A DNA stretch of 64,000 nt from Spirochaetia bacterium (GCA_965198005.1 CBDAOI010000004.1:32001-96000); one strand, 5' to 3'. Counted from the first letter of the stretch, positions 1-9,387 are shown. The notes: a model not told the origin generated them from the sequence alone. Numbers and translations are program-made.

Positions 1-1417
1 CCCCCTTCTGCGACCGTTCCGCCACCTTGAATTCGAACAGGTAGACGTTCGCCCCCAGAAACACCGCCATGTCCAGCCGGCCGCGGCTCGTGGGTTCCTC
101 CACCACCACCCCGTCCATGGAGGCCTGGAACCAGGCATAGAACACGCTCGACCAGTAGCCCTCATAGCGGGCGATGTCGTTGCGCCGGTGCCAGTCGTGG
201 GGGATGCCCGCCAGCAACTTGCGGAACAGCGCCTCCACGCCGGCCCAGTCCTCCGCCGCCAGCAGCCGGCGTAGCGCGCCGCCGCTCCCGGCCAACCGCC
301 AGTTCGGCGCCAGCGCGTCCAGCAGGCTCTCGTTCAAGCCCCGCCGCACCTCACGGTTCGGATACCTCAGCCGGTACTCCGGATAGCCGTCCACGTCGTC
401 TTCCTCGGCGATCGTCAGGTAGCCGGTCTGGAACAGCAGCGCCTCCGGAGCGATGTAGTCCACGTCGAATGACGACAGCAGCGCCTCGCTGGCGCGGGTG
501 CGTTCGAGGTCCGGCGCCGCGAAGCCGCGCCTGACCAGCGTGTCGATCAGGAACCGCGGCGTGGCGGTCTCGAACCAGTGCGCGCGGAACCGGCGGGTGC
601 CGAACAGCTTGAGGATGCCGAAGGGGTTGTAGACCTTTTCCTCGCCCAGCCAGTTGTAGCCGTCGTACCACTCGCCGATCCGCTCTCGGTCCAGGCCCGG
701 CAGCTCGGGCGCGAATACCTCGTCCAGATTCGCGTTCGTGTACCCGCAGATTGCAGAGTACCGCGGGTCGAGGGTGAGGTCGGTGAGGTTGTTGAGGTCG
801 GAAAACAGGCTCACCTTGGAGAACTTGCTCACCCCGGTGATGAAGGTAAGCTCCACGTGGGCGTCGCATTCCTTGATGGTCCCGTACAGCCCGCGCAGGT
901 CGTCGCGGTTGGTGGTCGCGAGCTCCCGGTCCTCCAGGGCGTCCAGGATCGGTTTGTCGTACTCGTCCACCAGCACGACCACGCGCTCGCCCGCCGTGCG
1001 GTGCAGCGCCGCCAGCAGCCGCGAGAATCGCCCCGTCGGCGTGGCGCCCTCGGAAGCGGGCACCCCCGCCTCGCTCTCGATGTCCGCCAGTTGCTCCGCC
1101 ACGCGTGCGAGCAACTGGCCCGGCCTCTTGAAGTTGCCGCCGCCGAAGCTCAACCGCACCACGGGGTGGCGTTTGGACCAGTTCCATCCGTCGTGGACGG
1201 CCAAGCCGCGGAACAGTTCTTCGCTGCCTTCGAACAGCTCCTTGAGGGTGTCCACGAACAGGCTCTTGCCGAAGCGGCGCGGGCGGGACAGGAAGTAGTG
1301 CTTGCCGGCGTCGTCCACGAGTTGGCGGGCGTAGCCGGTCTTGTCCACGTAGTAGAAGCCCTCCTCGCGGATTTGGCGGAAGGTCTGGATGCCGACGGGG
1401 AGCTTGCGTTTGACCAT
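1..1417 (-). CDS. AAA-ATPase-like protein with C-terminal PD-(D/E)xK domain; runs off window start
   Basis: Not in ORF track. Manual translation from ATG at 1417: MVKRKLPVGIQTFRQIREEGFYYVDKT...FLSRPRRFGKSL (Walker A), later LVDEYDKP and ...LDMAV...VYLFEFK at the window edge. Confidence 0.9.
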   Translation of the reverse strand, partial: MVKRKLPVGIQTFRQIREEGFYYVDKTGYARQLVDDAGKHYFLSRPRRFGKSLFVDTLKELFEGSEELFRGLAVHDGWNWSKRHPVVRLSFGGGNFKRPGQLLARVAEQLADIESEAGVPASEGATPTGRFSRLLAALHRTAGERVVVLVDEYDKPILDALEDRELATTNRDDLRGLYGTIKECDAHVELTFITGVSKFSKVSLFSDLNNLTDLTLDPRYSAICGYTNANLDEVFAPELPGLDRERIGEWYDGYNWLGEEKVYNPFGILKLFGTRRFRAHWFETATPRFLIDTLVRRGFAAPDLERTRASEALLSSFDVDYIAPEALLFQTGYLTIAEEDDVDGYPEYRLRYPNREVRRGLNESLLDALAPNWRLAGSGGALRRLLAAEDWAGVEALFRKLLAGIPHDWHRRNDIARYEGYWSSVFYAWFQASMDGVVVEEPTSRGRLDMAVFLGANVYLFEFKVAERSQKG

Positions 1418-1685
1418 GGCGTCACGGAATTCAAGCATACGCGCCCCCGGCACGCAACCGGGCGATCTTCGCACCACTCTTGTGCCCCGCGACCCGCGGG
1501 TTGACCGAAACGTCGATCCGGCGAGCCAGTTCGGCCGCGCTCATGCCAAGTTGCACCGTAAACGGCATTCCGCCGTCCATCGACGCACGGCCGCACGATT
1601 GTCGCGGGCTATCGACTGGCTGAAGGCGTGGACGGCGTGAGTGGCGCGGGACGTCGACCAGGTTTCTCATCGCGGCACCGGTCCG

Positions 1686-1715
1686 TTGACATTCATATGC
1701 GGCGCCGCGCATGAT
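1686..1715 (+). promoter_or_regulatory. Putative sigma70 promoter for the 1752 gene
   Basis: TTGACA (1686-1691), 18-nt spacer, CATGAT (1710-1715); AGGAGG upstream of ATG 1752. Confidence 0.45.
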
Positions 1716-1751
1716 TAGGCAGCGGGGCGGATGCCCCAGGAGGGATGAGCG

Positions 1752-1991
1752 ATGACTGACGCTGAACGGGACGAGTTGCTCGACCGAATGGACCGGCGGC
1801 TCGTCCGGATCGAGAACAAGGTAGACCGGCTGACGGAGCGGTATGAGACCGATATACCGGCGCTTGAACCTGCCGTATCGACAATCCAGGCAGACGTGTC
1901 GAAGCTGAGCGCATCCGTTGACTCTATCGACCGGCGGGTCGCCAGCATCGAGGGCCGGCTAAGCGGTGAACCGATCGGGGTGGCCCGATGA
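1752..1991 (+). CDS. Small coiled-coil hypothetical protein
   Basis: 79 aa with heptad-like pattern (LDRMDRRLVRIENKVDRL; VSKLSASVDSIDRRVASIEGRL); SD present; ATGA overlap with next ORF. Confidence 0.65.
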   Translation: MTDAERDELLDRMDRRLVRIENKVDRLTERYETDIPALEPAVSTIQADVSKLSASVDSIDRRVASIEGRLSGEPIGVAR

Positions 1992-2140
1992 GCGACGAGC
2001 GGGACGAGGGCGGCCAAGCAGCGCCGCGCAAGGGGCCGGGGCGGCCACGGAAGCCGATGCCGGAGCGGATACCGGACACCCCGGAGAACATCATGCGGAT
2101 ACTGATGAATACCCCACGGGAACCGCGCGAGCGCTCATAG
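1988..2140 (+). CDS. 50-aa protein MSDERDEGGQAAPRKGPGRPRKPMPERIPDTPENIMRILMNTPREPRERS
   Basis: Manual translation; ATGA-coupled to the 1752 gene. The GRPRKPMPExIPDTPENI motif resembles small ORFs I recall from the right end of IS1595-family elements. Confidence 0.55.
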   Translation: MSDERDEGGQAAPRKGPGRPRKPMPERIPDTPENIMRILMNTPREPRERS

Positions 2141-2172
2141 CAGCGGCGGGGTGCGCGTCACTCCCCAAGAAA

Positions 2173-2238
2173 AGGTGCTACAAAATGCAGTACCCAAGCT
2201 GCGAAAACCACACCAGGTGCTGCAAAATGCAGCACCTG
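2173..2238. repeat. Two copies of a palindromic 21-25 bp motif
   Basis: AGGTGCTACAAAATGCAGTACC (2173-2194) and CAGGTGCTGCA-AAA-TGCAGCACCTG (2214-2238; perfect 11-bp arms). Confidence 0.7.
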
Positions 2239-2440
2239 CCGCGCGTATTCAGCGCCGTATCTGCTGTCGTTGCGGTGTCGTTGTCGCCGTTGTAGCCCTG
2301 GACCCACGGCGGCGAACACCTGATCGGAACGGAAGTAGAAGGTGTCGTAAGGGGTGATGTAGTCGGCCCGCATGCGTCCGATCAGCTCACGGCCAAGGCA
2401 GGCCAAGCACGACGACCAACGCTTGTGCGTCGCCTGTGAA

Positions 2441-2764
2441 TTACCATCGATTCGCACCTCCAGTGATTTGGGAAGTCTCCTCGGCCGTGTCCGGCACGGG
2501 TCGCCGGCACAGATCGTTCCTCCGCAGCAGCCGCCTATGACTATCCTGAAGATGTCCTCCGGCTTGCGTAGAGTAGATCTTGCCTCGTGGGTTGTCGATT
2601 ATTCCCCTGTGTTTGAAGTCCTGATGCAAGGCGAGGTCGTTCGAATACAAGAGGCGTGCCCCGCTCATCTGCGCCAATGCGAGAATGTGAGCGTCTTCGC
2701 CCGCCGGAGGACGCGTCAATCCAAATACTTCGTGGGCCACATTCACGTCGAGAATCGCACACAT
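2441..2764 (-). pseudogene. PIN-domain protein with in-frame internal deletion
   Basis: PIN N-terminus MCAILDVNVAHEVFG...RPPAGE joins directly to C-terminal DAHILALAQMSGARLLYSND; the middle of the domain appears to be missing. Confidence 0.6.
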
Positions 2765-2767
2765 CAG

Positions 2768-3280
2768 CTACAGCCCCAGGGATCTTCTGGTTGCCTCCAT
2801 GAAGAACTGGCGATAGCTGTCGGGCGCTCCCAGGATATTGCCTTCGCCATCGATTCGTAGCGAGTGAATGAGCACATCCAGCCTGCTTGCGCAGGATTTC
2901 AACTATGACCGGCAACACCTGACTGACGCCGTAGCCGACGTCGATCAAGTTGCGCCGCGGGCCCCTCAGTTTGCCGCTGTACTTCCTGACTTGTACCTGA
3001 AACGGCTCGCTCTCCCTTCGTCCGAGCTGCTTGATGCAGACTTCGTCGAACAGCCCTGCCGACTGTCCGAATCTCTCAAGCGCAGGCTTGAGACGTTCCC
3101 ATTCTCTTCGATTCCGGTAATAGGCATCGGCAAGGGATCCACAGATCGCCGCTCTTGAGAAGCTTGCGTACCGGAACTGGGGTGGTCCCGTGCTTGCTGA
3201 ACGCAACCTCAAAGTGATAGGCGCCGAGGTCGAACCCAGCTTCGAAAGTGTCCGCGTGGCCACCCCGCCCGCCGCGATTC
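2768..3280 (-). pseudogene. AAA_21/DUF3696-type ABC ATPase remnant
   Basis: Three segments in different frames: NRGGRGGHADTFEAGF...; ...NLIDVGYGVSQVLPVIVEIL (ABC signature region); LIHSLRIDGEGNILGAPDSYRQFF...* (C-terminus). Walker A and Walker B are absent. Confidence 0.7.
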
Positions 3281-3454
3281 CATTACTACAAAGGCGGCCA
3301 AGCCACCGCCAAGTGTAGCGTAAGCGCCGCCAGCCTTTCAACCAGGGTGCGCAGGACCAGGGTACCCAGCCGCGCCAGCCGGCGGTCGGCCCGGTCAGCC
3401 GGTCAGCGGGCGCGATGGTGGCCGCGCCCGGCGCCGTGCTACACTTGCGGCCCG

Positions 3455-3643
3455 GTGAATCGGCTGGAGGTCAACGCGACCATCAATCTGCTGCGCGAGC
3501 GCGGGCTGCTGCCGGCGGACTACCGTGCCGCGCTCGAAGTCGACGATCTGATCGCCCACGTCTACGACGCCTGCGCCCGCAACGGCGTGGGGGCGGCGGC
3601 GTTGCGCCGCGAAGTGGCGGCCATTCTGCGCGAGCGGGTGTAG
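3455..3643 (+). CDS. Small hypothetical protein
   Basis: GTG start 9 nt after TACACT; protein-like helical sequence (NRLEVNATINLLRERGLLPADY...). Confidence 0.4.
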   Translation: MNRLEVNATINLLRERGLLPADYRAALEVDDLIAHVYDACARNGVGAAALRREVAAILRERV

Positions 3644-3943
3644 GCGCCCCGGCGGGTGCCGGTGTCCGGCGCGTAGGCGCGCAAAAAAAGGAACTTATAT
3701 ACGATAATGAACGCGCAGGGGGCACAAAGTGAGCAAGCGTAAGCAATTAGCCCGCCTCCGGGCCGGAGCCATCCGGCCCGCGCTATCGCGTTAGCACTGC
3801 TTCGGGCCCCCGTCCCGCCGTAATTCCTTACAACTGCGGTGGTTACCTGGTAACCAGTGCCGAGCCGACATGTGTGTTGACGTGGCCGGCTATCTTTCAT
3901 ACTATGAGCGTCATGAAAGTCAAGAGTTGGCGAGGCGGAGAGC

Positions 3944-4321
3944 ATGACTAGTCACGACCTGCAACAGATCGAAGCGCTACTGGACCGGAAGGTGGGCGGG
4001 CTCAAGGACGACGTGGGCACGCTCAAGGATGACGTAGGTACGCTCAAGGATGACGTAGGCACGCTCAAGGACGACGTAGGCACGCTCAAGGACGACGTAG
4101 GCACGCTCAAGGACGACGTAGGCACGCTCAAGGATGACGTAGGCACGCTCAAGGATGACGTAGGCACGCTCAAGGATGACGTAGGCACGCTTCACGAAAA
4201 AGCAGACCACACTCTGGAGCTGCTGCGTGGGATGAGTGGAGGGCGCGTCGAGCGAGACGAGTTCGTGTCCGCCGAGTTGCGAGACCATGACAGACACATT
4301 ACCGCTTTGGAGAATGGCTGA
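3944..4321 (+). CDS. Heptad-repeat coiled-coil protein, (LKDDVGT)x9
   Basis: 125-aa ORF with SD (GGAG); putative promoter TTGACG-17-TACTAT at 3877-3905. Confidence 0.75.
   Translation: MTSHDLQQIEALLDRKVGGLKDDVGTLKDDVGTLKDDVGTLKDDVGTLKDDVGTLKDDVGTLKDDVGTLKDDVGTLKDDVGTLHEKADHTLELLRGMSGGRVERDEFVSAELRDHDRHITALENG
4001..4189 (+). repeat. 21-bp coding tandem repeat, 9 copies
   Basis: Unit CTCAAGGAYGACGTRGGYACG; variation only at third codon positions; no spacers. Confidence 0.95.
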
Positions 4322-4381
4322 GGCGGATCATGCACGCGGTAGTACAAAGGACGCTGGTGGAGGCCATCAGGATGGCGGCCG

Positions 4382-4498
4382 CTCAGGGTTACCGTCTGTC
4401 ACTACCCCAGCGGTGCCTCCAAGTGGAACCCGATCGACCATCGCCTGTTCAGCGAGGTCCGCAAGAGCTGGGCCGGCCATCCGCTACGCAGCTACTAG
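4382..4498 (+). pseudogene. ISAzo13-family transposase fragment
   Basis: Manual translation LRVTVCHYPSGASKWNPIDHRLFSEVRKSWAGHPLRSY* matches the HYPxGxSKWNxIEHRLFS motif of this family. Confidence 0.8.
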
Positions 4499-4663
4499 TC
4501 CTCCGTCAATCTTTGATGACGGGATAACGGGATATAGATAATTCCCCAAAAAAAGTGCTTGCCCCGTGCGGCGGGCACGGCCCATACTGAGTCTTCGAGT
4601 GCCGCTCCCGGCCGCTCGGCCGGCCGGCGCGTTCTCAAGCAGTGATCCCGCTACAGACATGAC

Positions 4664-6160
4664 ATGATTGGTATCGGACTCGATTTCGGCACCACCAACA
4701 CCACCGTCGCGGTGGCCGACGGTGACCGGATAACCTATCTGGCCCTCGACCCGCTCACCACGCCGGCCACGGTAATGCCCACCGCGCTCTACATCCGGCG
4801 TGCGATGGACCACACCGTGGGGGCGGCCGCCATCGCCAGCTACCTGGGCGACAACGTCGGCCGGGTGGTACGCCTGCGCAAGGTCGACCTCGGCGCCATC
4901 GCGATGATGGTGAACACCACCGACACCGTCGGCGCGCCCGGATACGCGGCCGGCGACGCCGTGGAAGTATCGGTCCGGGTGCGCGGCGACGATGACGCCG
5001 AGCTGCCCGGCCGTCTGTTCCGCGGCCTCAAGAGCTATCTCGGCATCCGCTCGCACGAGCGGTTCAAGGTGTTCGACCGTCAGTTCCGCACGGTGGCGCT
5101 GGTGACCCTGATTCTCGCCGAGCTGCGTGCGACCATCGCCGCACAGGGCCGCGCCGACGTGAGCGACACGCTGCACGTCGGCCGGCCGGTGCGGTTCGTC
5201 GGCGACGAGGACGCCAACGAGATCGCCATGGCCCGCCTGGAGGAGGCGTGCCGCAACGCGGGCTTCAACTCGTTCACCTTCTACCCGGAGCCGCTGGCGG
5301 CCAGCCTGAACTACCTGCACGCGCACCAGCCGGTGGCGCAGCCGGCCGGGGCCGCGGCCGGCGCGGCAGCCTCCGCCTCGCAGGGAACCGCCACCGCGGC
5401 CAACGGCCGGTTCGGTGAATCGGACCTGCTGCTGACCTTCGACTTCGGCGGCGGCACGCTGGACCTGTGCCTGCTGGAGAGTCGCGCCGGGCAGTTTCGC
5501 GTGCTCGGCACGGCCGGCCTGCCGCTCGGCGGCAACCGCATCGACCAGTTGATCATCAAGCACCTCGTGTTCCCGGAGCTGGGCGAGGGGAGCCGGGTGA
5601 AGAGCGCCCGGCACCTGGCCGAGGCGGATACGGTGTTCCCGTTCTACCGCTACTCGGACTACCTGTTGAACTGGCAGATGGCGTACATGATGAACCAGCC
5701 GGACCTGATGGACACGCTGTTTGCCGGCCTGCGTTCCGGCGCCGAGCAGCAGCTCAAGCTGGGCCGGTTGTGGCGGCTGATCCGCGGCAACTACGCTTAT
5801 GCCCTGCTGAACGCCACCGAGCGCGCCAAGGCGCGCCTGTCGGAGGCGGAGCACGCGGCGATCTATCTGCCGGAGATCGATCTGGACATTCCGCTCGACC
5901 GCGGCATGCTGGAGCGCATCCTGGCGCCCGCGGTGGACGAAATCGAGACCGCGGTCACCGCGCTGCTGGAACGGACCGGGGTGCCGGCGGAGCGCATCCA
6001 CCGGGTAGTGTGCACCGGCGGGTCATCGCAGCTGCTGCCGGTGCAGGCGCTGCTGGAGGAGCTGTTTCCCGGACGGATCGAACGGTTCGACTTCTACCGC
6101 AGCATCGCGGGCGGGCTCGCCCTCGCCAATGCGCGCGGCTATCAGTATGCCCTTCCCTGA
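4664..6160 (+). CDS. Hsp70-family protein, YegD-like
   Basis: GLDFGTTNT, PEPLAA, FDFGGGTLD, CTGGSS motifs; no substrate-binding domain (498 aa). Confidence 0.88.
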   Translation: MIGIGLDFGTTNTTVAVADGDRITYLALDPLTTPATVMPTALYIRRAMDHTVGAAAIASYLGDNVGRVVRLRKVDLGAIAMMVNTTDTVGAPGYAAGDAVEVSVRVRGDDDAELPGRLFRGLKSYLGIRSHERFKVFDRQFRTVALVTLILAELRATIAAQGRADVSDTLHVGRPVRFVGDEDANEIAMARLEEACRNAGFNSFTFYPEPLAASLNYLHAHQPVAQPAGAAAGAAASASQGTATAANGRFGESDLLLTFDFGGGTLDLCLLESRAGQFRVLGTAGLPLGGNRIDQLIIKHLVFPELGEGSRVKSARHLAEADTVFPFYRYSDYLLNWQMAYMMNQPDLMDTLFAGLRSGAEQQLKLGRLWRLIRGNYAYALLNATERAKARLSEAEHAAIYLPEIDLDIPLDRGMLERILAPAVDEIETAVTALLERTGVPAERIHRVVCTGGSSQLLPVQALLEELFPGRIERFDFYRSIAGGLALANARGYQYALP

Positions 6161-6169
6161 CCGCGGCCG

Positions 6170-6928
6170 GTGACTGTTACCGCCGTCCGCACCCCGCTGA
6201 TCGACCCCGGTGCCGACCTGGCTGCCGTGATCCGCGCCAGCCTGACCGGCCCGCTGCCGGACCGCTGCGTGGTGGTGGTGGCGTCGAAGATCGTCAGCAT
6301 CGCGGAGGGGCGCCTCACCGGCACCGCCGGCGACCGGGAACACCTGCACCGGCTGGTGCGCGCCGAGGCCGAGCACTACCTGGAGCCGCACAGCTCGCGC
6401 TACGGCGTGATGCTCACGATCAAGGGCAACTGGATGTTCGTGAACGCCGGCATCGACCAGTCCAACGCCGCCGGCCGGCTGGCGCTCTGGCCGCGCGATC
6501 CGCAGCGCAGCGTCAATGAGCTGTGGCGGCAGCTCCGGGAGCACACCGGCGGGCGGCGCCGGCTGGGGCTGGTGATGGCGGACAGCGGCGGCGTGCCGCT
6601 CAACTGGGGCGTCATCGGCCGCGGCATCGCCCACTGCGGATTTCAGGCGCTGCGCAGCTACGTCGGCGCGCCCGACCTGTACGGGCGGCCGATGACCATG
6701 GAGAAGACCAATCTCGTCCAGTCGATCGCCGCCGCCGCGGTGCTGGAGATGGGCGAGGGCAGCGAGCAGACGCCGGTCGCGGTGGTCGGGGGGATCGGCA
6801 ACATCCGCTTCCAGCAGCGCGAACCGACCGCGGCGGAGCTGTGCGCGCTGCGGATCGCGCTCGAGGACGACGTCTACGCGCCGCTGCTCACCAGCGTACC
6901 GTGGCAGCGCGGCGGCGGCGGCGCCTGA
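6170..6928 (+). CDS. CofE-family gamma-glutamyl ligase (F420 ligase-like or folate-associated)
   Basis: VVVASKIVSIAEGR, NAGIDQSN, DLYGR and MGEGSEQTP motifs. Confidence 0.85.
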   Translation: MTVTAVRTPLIDPGADLAAVIRASLTGPLPDRCVVVVASKIVSIAEGRLTGTAGDREHLHRLVRAEAEHYLEPHSSRYGVMLTIKGNWMFVNAGIDQSNAAGRLALWPRDPQRSVNELWRQLREHTGGRRRLGLVMADSGGVPLNWGVIGRGIAHCGFQALRSYVGAPDLYGRPMTMEKTNLVQSIAAAAVLEMGEGSEQTPVAVVGGIGNIRFQQREPTAAELCALRIALEDDVYAPLLTSVPWQRGGGGA

Positions 6929-7016
6929 CGCTCCCGGAAGACGTCAGCGGTCGTAGTCGGCCTGCTCCGGGAGATAGGCGTGCCGAAGCGCCAACAGTTC
7001 CGGGTCCAGGCAGGCG

Positions 7017-7577
7017 TCAGCGGTCGCTCTCCGCCTGCTCCGGGAGTTCCCGCTCCGGGAGCTGGCCGCGCAGCCGTTCGGCCAGCGACTCGCCCTGTTC
7101 CAACGCCAGGTCGTGCGGTGCCACGTGGCGCCGCAGATCGTCGTGCAGCGGCCGATAGTTCTCGAACTCCGGGGAGATGGTCAGCAGCCGGTCGTCGCGT
7201 TCGACGTAGGCGTACGCCAGCTCGCGGCCGTCGTGCGTGCGCGCCCGGCCGGCGAAGGTCACCTCCGGCCACGCATAGCTGGTGGTCTCCTCCCCGAATT
7301 CACAGACCGTGATCCCGGCCTCGTCGGTGGCCACGTAGCTCGCCAGGTGCTTGCGGGTGATGCGCACGATGCGGAAGCACAGGTAGCCGAGCGGTACCAG
7401 CGCCAGCAGCCCCACCACCACCTGCACCAGCGCCGCGACTACCAGCGCCGCGACCACCAGCGCCGCCATCACCGCCACCGGCACCAGCATGCGCGGGTGG
7501 GACTTGATCGTTACGCGGGCGGTTACCATGTGCACTCGGACCATAGGCGCCGCCGCCGCCGCCGTCAACGCGGTCAA
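7017..7577 (-). CDS. Hypothetical membrane protein (true start may be ATG 7544)
   Basis: Two hydrophobic segments followed by a PH-like soluble region; GC3-rich codon usage. Confidence 0.6.
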   Translation of the reverse strand: MTALTAAAAAPMVRVHMVTARVTIKSHPRMLVPVAVMAALVVAALVVAALVQVVVGLLALVPLGYLCFRIVRITRKHLASYVATDEAGITVCEFGEETTSYAWPEVTFAGRARTHDGRELAYAYVERDDRLLTISPEFENYRPLHDDLRRHVAPHDLALEQGESLAERLRGQLPERELPEQAESDR

Positions 7578-7654
7578 GCGGCCGGGCCGGCGCTGGCGCC
7601 CACGACAACGTCTTGCAGCGGATTCACCCGCTGCTGCATTGTGAGCGCGAGGAG

Positions 7655-7828
7655 ATGGCCATGCAGCTTTACGCCGGGGTGGATCTGGGCGGCACCAAGA
7701 TCGCGGCCGTCGTGATGACCGGCGACTGGCGCGTTCTCGCCCGCACCAGGGTCGCCGCCGACGCCGGAACCGGGGGCGCGCACGGGGCGGTGGCGGCGGT
7801 GCGCGCGATGCCGGGGGCGGCGGACTGA
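7655..7828 (+). pseudogene. ROK-family sugar kinase N-terminal fragment
   Basis: YAGVDLGGTKIAAVV phosphate-binding motif; stops after about 57 codons, overlapping the ppx start. Confidence 0.65.
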
Positions 7829-9387
7829 TGGCCGCGGCACGTCGCGCCGGCCCGACCGGCCTGCTGGCGGTGCTGGACGTGGGCTCCAGCGCCTTCCGCC
7901 TGCAGATCGTGGACCGCCACGCCGACGGGAGCTGGGACGTGGTGGATCGGGCCGAGAAGCCGGTGGCGCTGGGGCGCGACGTATTTTCCTACGGGCGCAT
8001 CAGCGGCGAGACACTGAGCCGGGGCGTCCAGGTGCTGAGCGGGTTCCGCGAGCTGCTGGCCGGCTGGCGCATCCCGCCGGAGTCCACCTTCGTGATCGGC
8101 ACCAGCGCGCTGCGCGAGGCGCCCAACGGCGACAGCTTCGTGGATCGGGCGGCGGTGCGAACCGGGCTCAAGATCGAGCTCATTTCGGAGGCGGCCGAGA
8201 GCCAGCTCACCTACCTCGCAGTGCGGTTTGCGATCGGCCGGGTGCTGCCGCAGTTGTTGCGCTCGACCGCATTGATCATCGAGGTGGGGGGCGGCCACAC
8301 CACGCTGGTGCTGGTCAAGCGGGGCCGCATATCGGCCCTGCGCACCCTGAAGGTGGGCACCGTGCGGATGGAACGGCCGTTGCGGGTGGCCACCGGGGTG
8401 CACATGCCGCCGCGCCAGGTCGTGCAGGAGGCGATCGGACCGACCCTGGCCACGGTGCGCAAGGATCTCCAGTTGGGCAGCGTCAGCACGGTGATCGCGG
8501 TCGGCAGTGACGTACGGTTCGCCGCCGACGCCGTGGGCGAGGACGTCGGCCGGTACGTCTCACGGGTGGGCGGCGCCGCCTTCGATCGGTTCATCGAGCG
8601 GATCGTGGCGCTGCCGGTGGCGGAGGCGGTGCGCGAATTCCAGATCTCGTACAGCGACGCCGAGCTGCTCGTGCCGGGACTGCTGATGTACCGGTTGTTC
8701 CTGGATCAGACCGCCGCGGACGAAGTGATCGTGGCCCGGGTCAGCATGCGCGAGGGCGTGCTGGTAAGCAACGGCGCCACTGCCGGCGGACCGCCGGGTG
8801 AATTGCGCCCCCAGAAGATCGCCAATGCGATCAGTCTCGGCCGGCGCTATCGGTTCGACGAGCGCCACGCCCGGCACGTGGCGCTGCTGGCCTGCCGGCT
8901 GTTCGACGAACTGCAGACGGATCACGGGCTGGGCGCACCGCAACGGGTACTGCTGGAGATGAGCGCCATTCTGCACGACATCGGCATGGCGATCCGGGCG
9001 AGCGGGCACCACAAGCACGGCCACTACATCGTCAGCAACTCCGAGATCTTCGGTCTCACCGCCCGCGACCAGGCGATCGTGGCCAACGTGGTGCGGTACC
9101 ATCGCCGGGCACTGCCGTCACCGTCACACCAGAGCTACATGGCGCTGGCGCGCGCCGACCGCCTCGTGGTGACCAAGCTGGCGGCGCTGCTGCGGGTGGC
9201 GGATGCGCTGGACCGCAGCCATCAGGCGCGGGTGCGCGACCTCAAGGTCGAGACCGGGCCGGACGAGGCGATCATCTACTGCGACTACGGCGGCAACCTG
9301 GCGCTCAAGACGCTGGCGCTGGAACGCAAGGCCGACCTGTTCCAGGAGGCGTTGGGGCGGCGCGTGCGGCTGGAGCGGCTCGGCTGA
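7828..9387 (+). CDS. ppx: Exopolyphosphatase / pppGpp phosphohydrolase with HD domain
   Basis: DVGSSAFR, GTSALREA, EVGGG, LHDIG and ADALD motifs. Confidence 0.9.
   Translation: MAAARRAGPTGLLAVLDVGSSAFRLQIVDRHADGSWDVVDRAEKPVALGRDVFSYGRISGETLSRGVQVLSGFRELLAGWRIPPESTFVIGTSALREAPNGDSFVDRAAVRTGLKIELISEAAESQLTYLAVRFAIGRVLPQLLRSTALIIEVGGGHTTLVLVKRGRISALRTLKVGTVRMERPLRVATGVHMPPRQVVQEAIGPTLATVRKDLQLGSVSTVIAVGSDVRFAADAVGEDVGRYVSRVGGAAFDRFIERIVALPVAEAVREFQISYSDAELLVPGLLMYRLFLDQTAADEVIVARVSMREGVLVSNGATAGGPPGELRPQKIANAISLGRRYRFDERHARHVALLACRLFDELQTDHGLGAPQRVLLEMSAILHDIGMAIRASGHHKHGHYIVSNSEIFGLTARDQAIVANVVRYHRRALPSPSHQSYMALARADRLVVTKLAALLRVADALDRSHQARVRDLKVETGPDEAIIYCDYGGNLALKTLALERKADLFQEALGRRVRLERLG

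Larger units (their letters stand above)
3690..4546. mobile_element. Non-autonomous IS1595-like element with passenger gene
   Basis: Left end GGAACTTATATA and right end (revcomp) GGGAATTATCTA match at 9/12. Identical 8-bp flanks CAAAAAAA at 3682-3689 and 4547-4554. No intact transposase. Confidence 0.6.

Noticed and set aside
4001-4189. CRISPR array
   Set aside because: Units are contiguous with no spacers, in frame in an ORF, and no cas genes are present.
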